DNA of 64,000 nucleotides from Fibrobacteria bacterium (lineage in GTDB: Bacteria; Fibrobacterota; Fibrobacteria; UBA11236), in the NCBI GenBank assembly GCA_043745805.1, contig JAYTSD010000038.1, positions 34,807-98,806 on the forward strand, written 5' to 3'. The notes beneath the pieces are model-generated. The model made no database searches. It saw only the letters and a list, made by a program, of their open reading frames with translations, and had not been told where the DNA came from. Within the stretch, counting starts at the first letter, position 1. Each line of letters starts with the position of its first letter. This document shows positions 8,858-18,578 of the stretch, piece after piece. The position numbers and the translations under genes were made by a program.

Positions 8858-10009
8858 TCAATACGCGGCTCTATACACCGCCAGCATATTTTCCTTATCT
8901 ACAGGAATGATGTTCGTCGCATGACAAGTGTCATGCATAGCATCTTGAGCAAGCATTTCCAAATCACTTTCCGGTACATTATGATTTCGCAAACCGAAGG
9001 GAATATCTAAGCTTTGCAAAAAATGGCGACAGGAATCTGACAAACAGGACCTTGCTATTCCTGCTTCATGAAACAGGCTTTGCACCTTTTTAAATTTACT
9101 GCGTGCTTCCGGCTTTAAATCGCTGACTTCTAAGAAGGTTAACGCATCAGGTAACAAAAGCGCATTGGCTAATCCATGATGTGTATTATAGTGTGCGGAT
9201 AAAGGATGCGCTAAAGAATGAATCATACCCAAGCCTTTTTGAAAAGCCGTAGCACCCATAGCAGCAGCCATTTGCACGGAGCCTCTGGCGATTAAATCAT
9301 TACCCTGTGTATAAGCCTTAGGTAAATACCGCAAAACTAAGCGCATGCCTTCTAAGGCAATGCCATCGGCCATGGGATGAAAGGAAGGGGTAAAGAAAGC
9401 TTCGAGGCAATGGGTGAAGGCATCAATACCCGTAGCGGCGGTGATACGAGGTGGCAAGCCTGCGGTAAGATTAGGTTGTAGCACGGCAATGTCGGGGATA
9501 AGGCGTGGATGAAAGAATATGGTTTTTTTTCCAGTAGCACGGAGAATAATTACTCCAGAACGGCCAACTTCGCTACCGGTTCCGGAAGTAGTGGGAATGG
9601 CATACAGCGGTGGCATGGCATTGAGAATTAATTTGTCGCCCCCTTTGGCATCATCATATTGTGCTAAGGGTCCGGGATGACAAACCATAAAGCGTATTAC
9701 TTTGGCTACATCGATGGGACTGCCGCCTCCAACGGCAATTAAGGCATCACAGTGAGCGGCTTGATAAGCCTCAACACCTTTTTCTACATCTTCTTCTAAG
9801 GGATTGGGATGTGTCGCATCAAATACCGTAACCTGTATTCCCGCAGCGCGTAAGGGTTGTAATACACTTTCCACCAATCCAGTTTTGACAAGATTAGCAT
9901 CGGTTACCAAAAGGGCATGCTTGATTTGTAAGGCAATTAATCGCTGCGTCAAAGCAGTTAAGGCATCGTCACCAAAAAAAATAACGGTAGGGTAATTGAA
10001 TTGTTGCAT
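8858..10009 (-). CDS. iron-containing alcohol dehydrogenase
   Basis: GGGSPIDVAK, PTTSGTGSE, DAFTHCLE and HSLAH...HHGLANA motifs. Confidence 0.92.
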   Translation of the reverse strand: MQQFNYPTVIFFGDDALTALTQRLIALQIKHALLVTDANLVKTGLVESVLQPLRAAGIQVTVFDATHPNPLEEDVEKGVEAYQAAHCDALIAVGGGSPIDVAKVIRFMVCHPGPLAQYDDAKGGDKLILNAMPPLYAIPTTSGTGSEVGRSGVIILRATGKKTIFFHPRLIPDIAVLQPNLTAGLPPRITAATGIDAFTHCLEAFFTPSFHPMADGIALEGMRLVLRYLPKAYTQGNDLIARGSVQMAAAMGATAFQKGLGMIHSLAHPLSAHYNTHHGLANALLLPDALTFLEVSDLKPEARSKFKKVQSLFHEAGIARSCLSDSCRHFLQSLDIPFGLRNHNVPESDLEMLAQDAMHDTCHATNIIPVDKENMLAVYRAAY

Positions 10010-10018
10010 AAACTTTCC

Positions 10019-11428
10019 TTAAATAATTTCAAAATAGCGTTGTAATTGCCAGTCAGTAATAGTCTTTTCATATTCGCGCACTTCCCAGTCGCGAGTATTG
10101 GCAAAGTGATCAACAAAATCGGCTCCAAATACTTCAACCGCTTCACCGGATGCACGAAAATTTCGTGTGGAATCACGTAAGTTACTTGGTAACCGTAAGG
10201 CTTCCGGTAATGTATCTTGGACATCATAGGCACTGGCTTTTACTGGTTCGCCTAATTTTAATTTTTGTTCTATACCTAGAAGTCCAGCGGCAATGCAGGC
10301 TGCAGACACTAAATAAGGATTGCCATCTGCGGCGCCTAAACGAAATTCCACCCGTTGTGATTTTTCACTGCCAGGGATAACGCGTAAGGCCGTGGTACGA
10401 TTCTCTACGCCCCACGTGGAACTAGTAGGGGCCCAAGCTCCTTTTACTAAACGCGTATAACTATTGATAGTTGGGGCGCACATAACTAAAAAAGGTTTCA
10501 AATATTTTTGCATACCCGCCACATAATTTTCCATCAAAGGACTCATACCTGCGCGTCCATTGGCTTTATGGAATATAGGTTCTCCGCTATTTAAGCGGAA
10601 TAAGCTTTGATGTAAATGTCCACTTTGGCCAGGAAAGTTTTGATTCCATTTAGCCATGAAGGTGGTCATTTTATTTTCCTTTTGAAAAAAAACTTTGGTA
10701 AAGGTTTTGAAAATAACCGCTTTATCTGCTTCGTGTAATGCTTCATCGGCTGCCAATGCAGCCTCCCAAACACCTGGCCCTGTTTCGCAATGTAGTCCTT
10801 CTATGGGGCAATCTAAAGTAAGGCAATAATCTTGTAAAGCAATAAATAAATCCGATTCTGAGGAACACCGTAACATAGAATATCCAAAGTTACCTGGCGT
10901 TAGTGGTTTCAAATTTCGATAGTTTTTTTCACGCACGGAATGTGGGGTTTCATCAAAGACAAAAAATTCATATTCGATTCCGGTTTTGGCTCCAAGACCC
11001 ATACCCTTAGCGCGTTCTAATATTTTTTGTAAAAGACTGCGTGGGCAAAGTGGGTGGCGACCTTCGCCTTTAGGATTAGTAAACTCGCCCAGAAAAAACG
11101 GAATATCCCCTTCATCCACTAATTGGCGTTCCGTGGATAAATCCAAACGAAAGGGAGCATCGGGAAAAGCAGTATGCCAACCGGTATAGGCGACATTATC
11201 ATATAATTTATCATCGACATCCCAACCCAAGACACAATCACAAAAAGCGCCACCGCTTTTAATCACGGAAGCGAATTTATCCAGCGACAAATATTTTCCA
11301 CGCATCACCCCGTCAATATCGGTTAAGCCTATTTTAACTCGATGAATACCTTGTTCATGCCAGTTTTTGAGACGGAGTGAAAGTTCATTTGCAGAATTTT
11401 CTTTTTTAGTATTGATTTTTGCTTTCAC
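10019..11428 (-). CDS. glutamine synthetase-like gamma-glutamyl ligase (PuuA/GlnA4-like)
   Basis: D-x-DGVMRGK, EYEF, HCETGPGVWE, SGHLHQSL, WGVENRT and EFRLG motifs; flanked by ALDH and ADH. Confidence 0.85.
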   Translation of the reverse strand: MKAKINTKKENSANELSLRLKNWHEQGIHRVKIGLTDIDGVMRGKYLSLDKFASVIKSGGAFCDCVLGWDVDDKLYDNVAYTGWHTAFPDAPFRLDLSTERQLVDEGDIPFFLGEFTNPKGEGRHPLCPRSLLQKILERAKGMGLGAKTGIEYEFFVFDETPHSVREKNYRNLKPLTPGNFGYSMLRCSSESDLFIALQDYCLTLDCPIEGLHCETGPGVWEAALAADEALHEADKAVIFKTFTKVFFQKENKMTTFMAKWNQNFPGQSGHLHQSLFRLNSGEPIFHKANGRAGMSPLMENYVAGMQKYLKPFLVMCAPTINSYTRLVKGAWAPTSSTWGVENRTTALRVIPGSEKSQRVEFRLGAADGNPYLVSAACIAAGLLGIEQKLKLGEPVKASAYDVQDTLPEALRLPSNLRDSTRNFRASGEAVEVFGADFVDHFANTRDWEVREYEKTITDWQLQRYFEII

Positions 11429-11438
11429 AGTTTTCCTT

Positions 11439-12836
11439 TCAAGGAAGTCGGAAATGAATGGCCTTGCGGCGGGTTAAACCATAAAATCCATATTTGGATA
11501 AAGTTGTTCCACGTCCGCTATCGCGTACACCCGTCCACGGTAAAGCCGGATCCAAATAATCACAACGATTTAAAAACACCGTACCTGTATGCATTTCGCG
11601 AGCAAAGTGTTCGGCTCTTTCTATGGAGCTAGAATAAAGGACTGCGGTTAAACCATATGGGGTATCATTCATGTAACTTATGGCTTGCTCATCATTATCT
11701 ACGGCTAAGATTGGCAAGAGGGGACCAAAATTTTCTTCCTGCATGATGCGCATAGCATTATTGACATTGATGATTAGGGTCGGTTCAAAAAATGTTGCTT
11801 GGCCTATTTTTTTTATTTGTCCACCAGCTAAAATACGCGCTCCCTGCGCCTGCGCTTCGGCAATTTGTATTTGCATTTCTTGGGCAGCATTGGCTGAGGA
11901 GAGTGGGCCTAAATTGGTTTTTCTATCCATAGGATCACCCAGCACATAGTCTGCAATTAGGGCTTTACATTTTTCTACAAATTCCAAGAAAAGACTTTTG
12001 TGTACATAAACTCTTTCAATACCGCAGCACGATTGGCCAGCATTATACATGGCACCATCAACTAAATCTTCAGCGGCTTTATTCAAATCCGCATCCTCCG
12101 CAACATACGCTCCATCTTTTCCACCCAATTCCAAATTAGCATCGATGAAATGAGGGAGGGTATTAATTCGATTTGCTAGGCAGCTCTGTACTCTATGTCC
12201 AGCGGCTACCGAACCCGTAAATACGACATGATTAATATTACCTTCGGAAATAATCTTTTCGGTTGTACCATGATCGGTGACAATGTTTTGCAAAATATTT
12301 TCACAATTTCCCAAACATCCAAAGGCTTTGGCAAAGTGTTCGCCAATGGCAGGTGTAAGGCTGCTATGTTTGAGAAGAACGGTATTGCCTGCTAAAAGTG
12401 CCGTAACAATACCGTTACCTGCAGTTAGCAGAGGATAATTCCACGGGGCAATAACAAAGACGACTCCTAAGGGTTCATGTTCTATGCGGCGTTGAAATCC
12501 AGGCTTAGGAGGTAAAATTTCTGGATTTAAAGTGGCTTCGGCAATAGATAATAAATATTCACTACGCTCCAAAAATCCTTTGATTTCATTTTCTGCTTGA
12601 GAAATAGGTTTTCCCATTTGTCGGGTGATATCCTCTGCGATTTCGGATTTATGCTGATGGAAATATTGCAATGCGACTTGTATTTGCTTTACTCTTTGCG
12701 CTACGGCTAATTGTCGCCAAATTTTAAAATTCGTATGTAAGTCGACTATAAGTCCAGTAACAGTTGCAAAATCTTGTAGGGGATATTCGCCAGCACTGAC
12801 TAAAGTGAAGGGGTTTAAAGGTTGTAAAAGCTTCAC
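11439..12836 (-). CDS. aldehyde dehydrogenase
   Basis: PWNYP, FTGS, LELGGKD, NAGQSCC and EENFGP motifs. Confidence 0.92.
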   Translation of the reverse strand: MKLLQPLNPFTLVSAGEYPLQDFATVTGLIVDLHTNFKIWRQLAVAQRVKQIQVALQYFHQHKSEIAEDITRQMGKPISQAENEIKGFLERSEYLLSIAEATLNPEILPPKPGFQRRIEHEPLGVVFVIAPWNYPLLTAGNGIVTALLAGNTVLLKHSSLTPAIGEHFAKAFGCLGNCENILQNIVTDHGTTEKIISEGNINHVVFTGSVAAGHRVQSCLANRINTLPHFIDANLELGGKDGAYVAEDADLNKAAEDLVDGAMYNAGQSCCGIERVYVHKSLFLEFVEKCKALIADYVLGDPMDRKTNLGPLSSANAAQEMQIQIAEAQAQGARILAGGQIKKIGQATFFEPTLIINVNNAMRIMQEENFGPLLPILAVDNDEQAISYMNDTPYGLTAVLYSSSIERAEHFAREMHTGTVFLNRCDYLDPALPWTGVRDSGRGTTLSKYGFYGLTRRKAIHFRLP

Positions 12837-12857
12837 GGCGTCTCCACTTTAGGATAT

Positions 12858-12915
12858 TAAATTGTGAAATTATTCCTCACAATTTAGTTTACCGTTACCC
12901 CATTGCTAAAGGCAA
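12858..12915 (-). promoter_or_regulatory. candidate promoter and operator of the ALDH-GS-ADH operon
   Basis: Minus-strand TTGCCT-18-TAAACT (12915-12886), then the perfect inverted repeat TAAATTGTGA-N9-TCACAATTTA (12858-12886). Confidence 0.55.
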
Positions 12916-12941
12916 TGAAATGAAGTCGAAACATTTATTTT

Positions 12942-14897
12942 TTAAGAATTCAGCAATTCAATTTTGGTTATCAAACGTTTATATAAACCCGATTCTCTTT
13001 GGATTTTTTGTTTTAAGGCTGATTTTAAAGCTTCTTCGGGCCCAAAAATGCCCACAAATTTTTTGGCTCTAGTGATGCCGGTATACAAAATCTCCTTGCA
13101 TAAAAGCGGATGCTCCGCTTCGGGTAAAATTAATACTACATAATCAAATTCGGATCCTTGACTTTTATGCACGGTCATGGCAAATGCAAATTCAAAGGCA
13201 GGAAGACTATGTATAGGAAGAGAAATAATGGTATTGCCTTTTTTAAAAAGGGCAAAATAGTTTTCAGCAAATTGGAGTATAATGCCAAAGTCTCCATTAA
13301 ATAAACCTTGGGTATAATCGTTTTCCAAAATGAGAATGGGTGCCCCATTAAAATAATATTTCGCTTCGCTTGAAGGGTCCCAAATTTTTCGCAATCGCAT
13401 TTGCATCCAGGCATTAATTGCTTCGGATCCGCACCAAAGTTTTCGCGTAAAGGTGAGTAGGCGTGGTTTACTAATAAAATCAAATGCTTGTTGTATTAGG
13501 TCTTGCAATGGCAAATTTTGCTCGGAGAGTTGCGAAACATTATATTTTTTTATGGAGTTTAACACAGTTAAATATGTGGATGAAGCTAAGTAATGTACAT
13601 TACTCCATGCTTGCAGAAGAGTGTCTCGACTTGTTTTGAAACTCGTAGAAGCCGCCAATCGAATGCAGCCTTCTGCTAAAAAAATCGCTTCCTTAATTTC
13701 TTTTTCTATGCCCAAGTTGAATAAGACCGCTGCAATGTCCTGACTATTAATAGCGGCGGCTACTTGGAGAATTTGTGCATTAGAACGATGGCTTTGATTT
13801 AATCGCAATATATGATTTTCAAGCAATGATTTTTCCGAATTAGGTAACAAATCGGCTAATAATGCGCCAGCCTCAATAGAAGGCAATTGATCTCTATCAC
13901 CCACTAAAATTAAAGCGGCTGATGGAGGTAAAGCATTTAATAAACGGGACATTAAAAATATATTGGCCATGCTGGCTTCATCGATAATTACTAAATCGGC
14001 AGGAATTGGATTTAACTTATTATAAATAAAGCTTCCTTCTTGACGATTAAAACGTAGGAGGCGATGCAAGGTTTCGCCTTTTAATTCTAAGAGTTGAGCA
14101 TCGATAGCTTTTTCCTGAGCCCCATTTTCTCGATTATAGTCAATACTTGTTAAGCCTTGTTGTAAAGCCTCCGAAAGCCTATCCGCAGCGCGTCCCGTGG
14201 GTGCGGCTAGTTTTATGCGTTCGGGTTTCAAATGTCGCGATCGCAAAACCCCGCGTAAAATATTAGTGGTTAGCGCCGTTTTTCCTGTGCCAGGTCCACC
14301 GGATATTAAAAAAAATGGCTTGATTAAACTTTGAGTTAAGGCCTCTATTTGCAAAGGGTGAAAAACTAAAGGTTGATTAGCGGAATCCTTTTTTCTTAAG
14401 GGAAATTGAATTAATAGTATGTCGAGTAACGCAGATAAAGGTTTCGTTAGGGGGAAAGTATAATCACTTTTTTGTAATAAGGTTGCAAGTGCCTGCGCGG
14501 ATTTATTTTCTGCGGCAAAATATTTTTGAAAATAAAGCGCCTGATCTTCATAAATTAAAGGTTTAAATTCATGCGCTTGCCCTAATATTGTCACATAATT
14601 TCCGGCATGTAATTTTTCTTGAAAGCCAAAAAAAATCATGTCCGCGGAGTATTTTTCCATGGCTAAAAATTTTAAGTAAAGATTTAATTCTGACAAACAA
14701 GTTTCGGTCTGCAAAGCCAATCTCAAGCTACCTTGGCGCATACGCCTACAGAGTAAAGCTAAAATTAAATGAAGTTCTATATCGTTTTGGAAATTGTCCT
14801 CACAAAGGAGGTCAATTAATTTAATGTCCAGCAAAAACAATTCTTCTTGTTGTAAGGCAGAGGAATAAAAATTCTGAAAAATCACATTTGCACTCAT
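12942..14897 (-). CDS. recD: exodeoxyribonuclease V alpha subunit
   Basis: GGPGTGKT, AAPTGRAA, IIDEASM, GDRDQLPS, TVHKSQGSEF and LYTGITRAK motifs. Confidence 0.93.
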   Translation of the reverse strand: MSANVIFQNFYSSALQQEELFLLDIKLIDLLCEDNFQNDIELHLILALLCRRMRQGSLRLALQTETCLSELNLYLKFLAMEKYSADMIFFGFQEKLHAGNYVTILGQAHEFKPLIYEDQALYFQKYFAAENKSAQALATLLQKSDYTFPLTKPLSALLDILLIQFPLRKKDSANQPLVFHPLQIEALTQSLIKPFFLISGGPGTGKTALTTNILRGVLRSRHLKPERIKLAAPTGRAADRLSEALQQGLTSIDYNRENGAQEKAIDAQLLELKGETLHRLLRFNRQEGSFIYNKLNPIPADLVIIDEASMANIFLMSRLLNALPPSAALILVGDRDQLPSIEAGALLADLLPNSEKSLLENHILRLNQSHRSNAQILQVAAAINSQDIAAVLFNLGIEKEIKEAIFLAEGCIRLAASTSFKTSRDTLLQAWSNVHYLASSTYLTVLNSIKKYNVSQLSEQNLPLQDLIQQAFDFISKPRLLTFTRKLWCGSEAINAWMQMRLRKIWDPSSEAKYYFNGAPILILENDYTQGLFNGDFGIILQFAENYFALFKKGNTIISLPIHSLPAFEFAFAMTVHKSQGSEFDYVVLILPEAEHPLLCKEILYTGITRAKKFVGIFGPEEALKSALKQKIQRESGLYKRLITKIELLNS

Positions 14898-17800
14898 AAT
14901 ATACTCACTGTATTTTTGTTTTTGCCCAGTGACAATAATTCATGCAGATATGCGGGGTAGGTTTTTTCTAATTGCTCTAAGTTGGGGCGATGAGTAAAAA
15001 TACCCATGGAATTCTCTTCCTGCATGCCACGCAAATAAAAATAATAGACGCCGCCAAAATGCTTTTCAAAATTATAATCAGCCAGCGTGCTCTTCAACCA
15101 TTTATGCAAAGCTAAACTATAAAGCATGATTTGCAAATCATACTTGCTCGATACAACACTATGCTTAAGGCTTTCGGGTAGATAATTCTCCAGCGTATTC
15201 GATTTCCAGTCCGCTAAATAATAAACTCCTTCAATGCGAAAAACCAAATCAATATATCCCCATAAAAAACCCTTTTGGGGAAACGTATCAGGAATAATTT
15301 CTCCTCGCATTTCCGAATCTGCACCTTGGAAGGGAAATAGAAATTCCATTTCATGGATGCGTTCTTGAATGGAGCAAAGTGAAAATGTGGAAGGATTGGA
15401 ATGGTTATGGAGTTTGGGAATAGGGCATTTAAGAGTATTCCACAATAGACGTAACAAGGACGTTTCGTATTTGCTGGGCAAAACATATTCTCGCATTTTC
15501 GCACGAACTAATCTGAGAAAAGATGTGTTTTCTAAAACCAAAATAAATTCAGACCAGGTTTTTACGGATTCAGTTATTTGAAAATCTACACCTTCTAAAA
15601 TATCATGCAATAAATTTCCGGTATCAGCTCCGCGCGGCAATACTTCCTCGATATCGGAAGTAAAGGTATTTTCCCAAGGTGGCAAGTCATCTTTTTGTAA
15701 ACGTTCTCCTTCCAATTCTGAACTGGCTTGGCTTTGATGTTTAAAAGCCAAATGTGAATACGACTCCACACGTAAACGCCTTAAAGCAAAAGGATAAAAA
15801 TGCTTAGGTAATAAATCCTTTGGGGGAGGCGAAATAGTAAAATCAGTAGTGACATTAGTTAAACTAGATAATGAACTTATGGCAGGGAGAGTATTTTTTG
15901 CAAGCAATAATTCTTCATCACGTTGGTAAAACAGCTGTGGATATTTGGCTTTAGCATTAATTAAGGCTTCGCGCAAAAATGTTCCCAAAGGACCAATTTT
16001 GACTCTAGTATATTCTTGACCAATAGTGGGAATATAAAGTCGGTATTTAGCGCGCGTGCAAGCTACATAAAAAAGTCTTTTGTCCTCATTGTCTAATTCT
16101 TCATCATGCAATTCTTTCCAAGACACATGCTTTTTGTCCAAAGCATAAACCTTATTTTCTCCCGAATGAAATGAAAGATATTTGGGTGCAAGTGCCTTTC
16201 CACCTTTGCCATAGCCACCGGCAATGAACACAATGGGAAATTCTAAACCTTTGCTAATATGCATAGTCATAATGCGAATTTTTTGTTTTTCACTCGCTAT
16301 GCGTTCAAGATCTTTTTCTTCGGATTGGGAACTATTAGTTTGTAAGCGCTTTTGTTGTAAATGCTTATACAAGCGCGACAAATCTAAATGCAAACGCAAA
16401 GCATCGACTTCTAACTCTTGCGCTAGATGTTTAAAATTCATCAGTCGTCTATCTCTATCGGGAGCTAAACTCAGGCGATAAACCAAACCCGAATCATTTA
16501 ATACGCTGTTAAAAAATTCTGGCCAAAGTCTTGCCTCTGCTAATTCTCGCCATCGGGAAAATGTTTTTTGCAAAATATGATCAGGTGAAATTTCTTTTAA
16601 GCCTGCAACATTTTCAGGAGGCAAATCACAAAATGCGGAAAGTAAAGCTTTGGTCCACAAGGCTATATCAGAGGGCTTTTCTAACGCTGCTAATAAAATG
16701 GAAAACTGCAAAGCTTCGACACCTTGATATAAGCCCGATTTTTTATAGGCAGCGTAAGGAATACCTGCTTCACGCAATAAAATTTCTAGACCACGACGAT
16801 CCGAGGCATCACGGACTAAAATACAAATGTCTCCAGCTAATAATGGACGAGTATTTTTTTCGGTATCTAATGGAATGGCAAAGTTTTCAGGCGCTTGTAA
16901 AAGCAATTTGATTTCATTCACTATCCATTGACGACTGCTGCGCTTGACTTCGGATAATTTGGTTAGGGAGGAAAAATCTTTGATAATGATAGGGGGTAAA
17001 TCATCCTTTGTTTTAAACCCGCTTTGCGTGAATGTGCCTCCACAATCAACGGGAGTATAGCTTAAGCCCTTTTCAAAAAGAGGTAATTTCCATGTAACGG
17101 TCAATGGAATTGATTTTTTGAGGGTAACATTTTCATTTTCCGAGGATTCATCTAAGGTTTGGGCTTTAAGTAAAGGCTCAAACCAAAGGGGATGAGAAAA
17201 TAGCCCATTAAAGGCTTGTAATAATTCTGGACTTGAGCGATAGCTTGTTCCTAAACCTTGGGCTTGCGCGAATCCTTTTTGTGCTAATGCATATAAGCTA
17301 TGGCGTGCCGAAAAATAAGTTTCAATGTCTCCGCCTCGAAAGGCATAAATAGCCTGCTTTGGATCGCCAATCAAATATAAAGGATGCGTATTATTTTCCT
17401 CGAGAAAAAGCGTTTTTAATATGCCCCATTGTAATCCGTCGGTATCTTGAAATTCATCGACCATACAATACTTATACTGAATACGTAATAGATCGACTAA
17501 TTCGGGACGAGAGTTAATAGTTTTATGCACATTACGAATCAAATCGTCAAAACTCAATAAACCTTTTTCTTCTTTATAAACCTTAATGCGCTGCTGAATG
17601 GATTTTATAGCTTCAATCTGAGGTATAAAAGTCATTGCTTTTTCGGCCTCGGCAATAGGATCAAGGAGTGTCTGAGCCGTTTTTACCAATGACACAAATT
17701 CTTGTAATGCCTGAGAATTTTTCGCATCGGGAGAGTTTAAGTAAAAAATATCCCAGCCATTATCCTTTAAGGTTTTTACCGAAGCTAAATCATCCACATG

Positions 17801-18568
17801 AATAAGAAATTCTTTTTGAGATGAAATGTCAAAGTCATTTGTTTTCCATTTTGAAAAATCAGATAAAATAAGAGCTATATATTTTAAAAAAGTGGCTTTT
17901 GCGTTTATATCCGTTTTTATTTTTTTATAACTCAAATAAAAAGCATGTTCTTTCGCTTCATTAACATCACCAAAAATATTCCCTAAGGATTTTAATATTT
18001 CTTGAACTTCTGTATTTAATCTTTCGCATAATTCGAAATCCGGTTCTGGCCAAAGTAAATCGCCCACTTGCGGATTATATTTTTGTGCGATTTCAAGTAA
18101 TGGCTCCCAATGACTGTCTTCATTTAAAATACGCGCTCTGGCTAAAGGTTGTTTGCGCATTTCCTCAGCTAAAAGTTGTTGATAAAGTGTTTTGTCATCA
18201 ACCAATTCAAAACTAAAAAGTGCCTGATTTTCAAAAGCGAACTGTTTTAAAATTTTTTTACAAAAACTATGTAAGGTGAAAATACTCGCTTGATCATAGC
18301 GCAATAAGCATGCTTTGAAATGCTGTCTATCTTTGGCGGAACGATTTTCATCTTTAGAAGCTTCGTGAAGCCGCCTTTCAATTTTTTCTCTTAACTCACC
18401 AGCGGCCTTGTCGGTAAAGGTGAGGATAAGAATTTGGGATAGATCGGGAGGATCGTATTGTGTCAAAAGACGCAATAAAATTTGCTCAATGGTATAAGTC
18501 TTACCCGTACCGGCCGAGGCTTCGATCAAGCCATGTTGTTGTAAATTCCAAGAACTAATTAAATCCAT
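14894..18568 (-). CDS. recB: exodeoxyribonuclease V beta subunit
   Basis: EASAGTGKT, DEFQDTD, GDPKQAIYAFRGGD, HISKGLEF and C-terminal nuclease GYIDL..DWKSN motifs. Confidence 0.94.
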   Translation of the reverse strand: MDLISSWNLQQHGLIEASAGTGKTYTIEQILLRLLTQYDPPDLSQILILTFTDKAAGELREKIERRLHEASKDENRSAKDRQHFKACLLRYDQASIFTLHSFCKKILKQFAFENQALFSFELVDDKTLYQQLLAEEMRKQPLARARILNEDSHWEPLLEIAQKYNPQVGDLLWPEPDFELCERLNTEVQEILKSLGNIFGDVNEAKEHAFYLSYKKIKTDINAKATFLKYIALILSDFSKWKTNDFDISSQKEFLIHVDDLASVKTLKDNGWDIFYLNSPDAKNSQALQEFVSLVKTAQTLLDPIAEAEKAMTFIPQIEAIKSIQQRIKVYKEEKGLLSFDDLIRNVHKTINSRPELVDLLRIQYKYCMVDEFQDTDGLQWGILKTLFLEENNTHPLYLIGDPKQAIYAFRGGDIETYFSARHSLYALAQKGFAQAQGLGTSYRSSPELLQAFNGLFSHPLWFEPLLKAQTLDESSENENVTLKKSIPLTVTWKLPLFEKGLSYTPVDCGGTFTQSGFKTKDDLPPIIIKDFSSLTKLSEVKRSSRQWIVNEIKLLLQAPENFAIPLDTEKNTRPLLAGDICILVRDASDRRGLEILLREAGIPYAAYKKSGLYQGVEALQFSILLAALEKPSDIALWTKALLSAFCDLPPENVAGLKEISPDHILQKTFSRWRELAEARLWPEFFNSVLNDSGLVYRLSLAPDRDRRLMNFKHLAQELEVDALRLHLDLSRLYKHLQQKRLQTNSSQSEEKDLERIASEKQKIRIMTMHISKGLEFPIVFIAGGYGKGGKALAPKYLSFHSGENKVYALDKKHVSWKELHDEELDNEDKRLFYVACTRAKYRLYIPTIGQEYTRVKIGPLGTFLREALINAKAKYPQLFYQRDEELLLAKNTLPAISSLSSLTNVTTDFTISPPPKDLLPKHFYPFALRRLRVESYSHLAFKHQSQASSELEGERLQKDDLPPWENTFTSDIEEVLPRGADTGNLLHDILEGVDFQITESVKTWSEFILVLENTSFLRLVRAKMREYVLPSKYETSLLRLLWNTLKCPIPKLHNHSNPSTFSLCSIQERIHEMEFLFPFQGADSEMRGEIIPDTFPQKGFLWGYIDLVFRIEGVYYLADWKSNTLENYLPESLKHSVVSSKYDLQIMLYSLALHKWLKSTLADYNFEKHFGGVYYFYLRGMQEENSMGIFTHRPNLEQLEKTYPAYLHELLSLGKNKNTVSIL

Positions 18569-18578
18569 TTATGACCTA

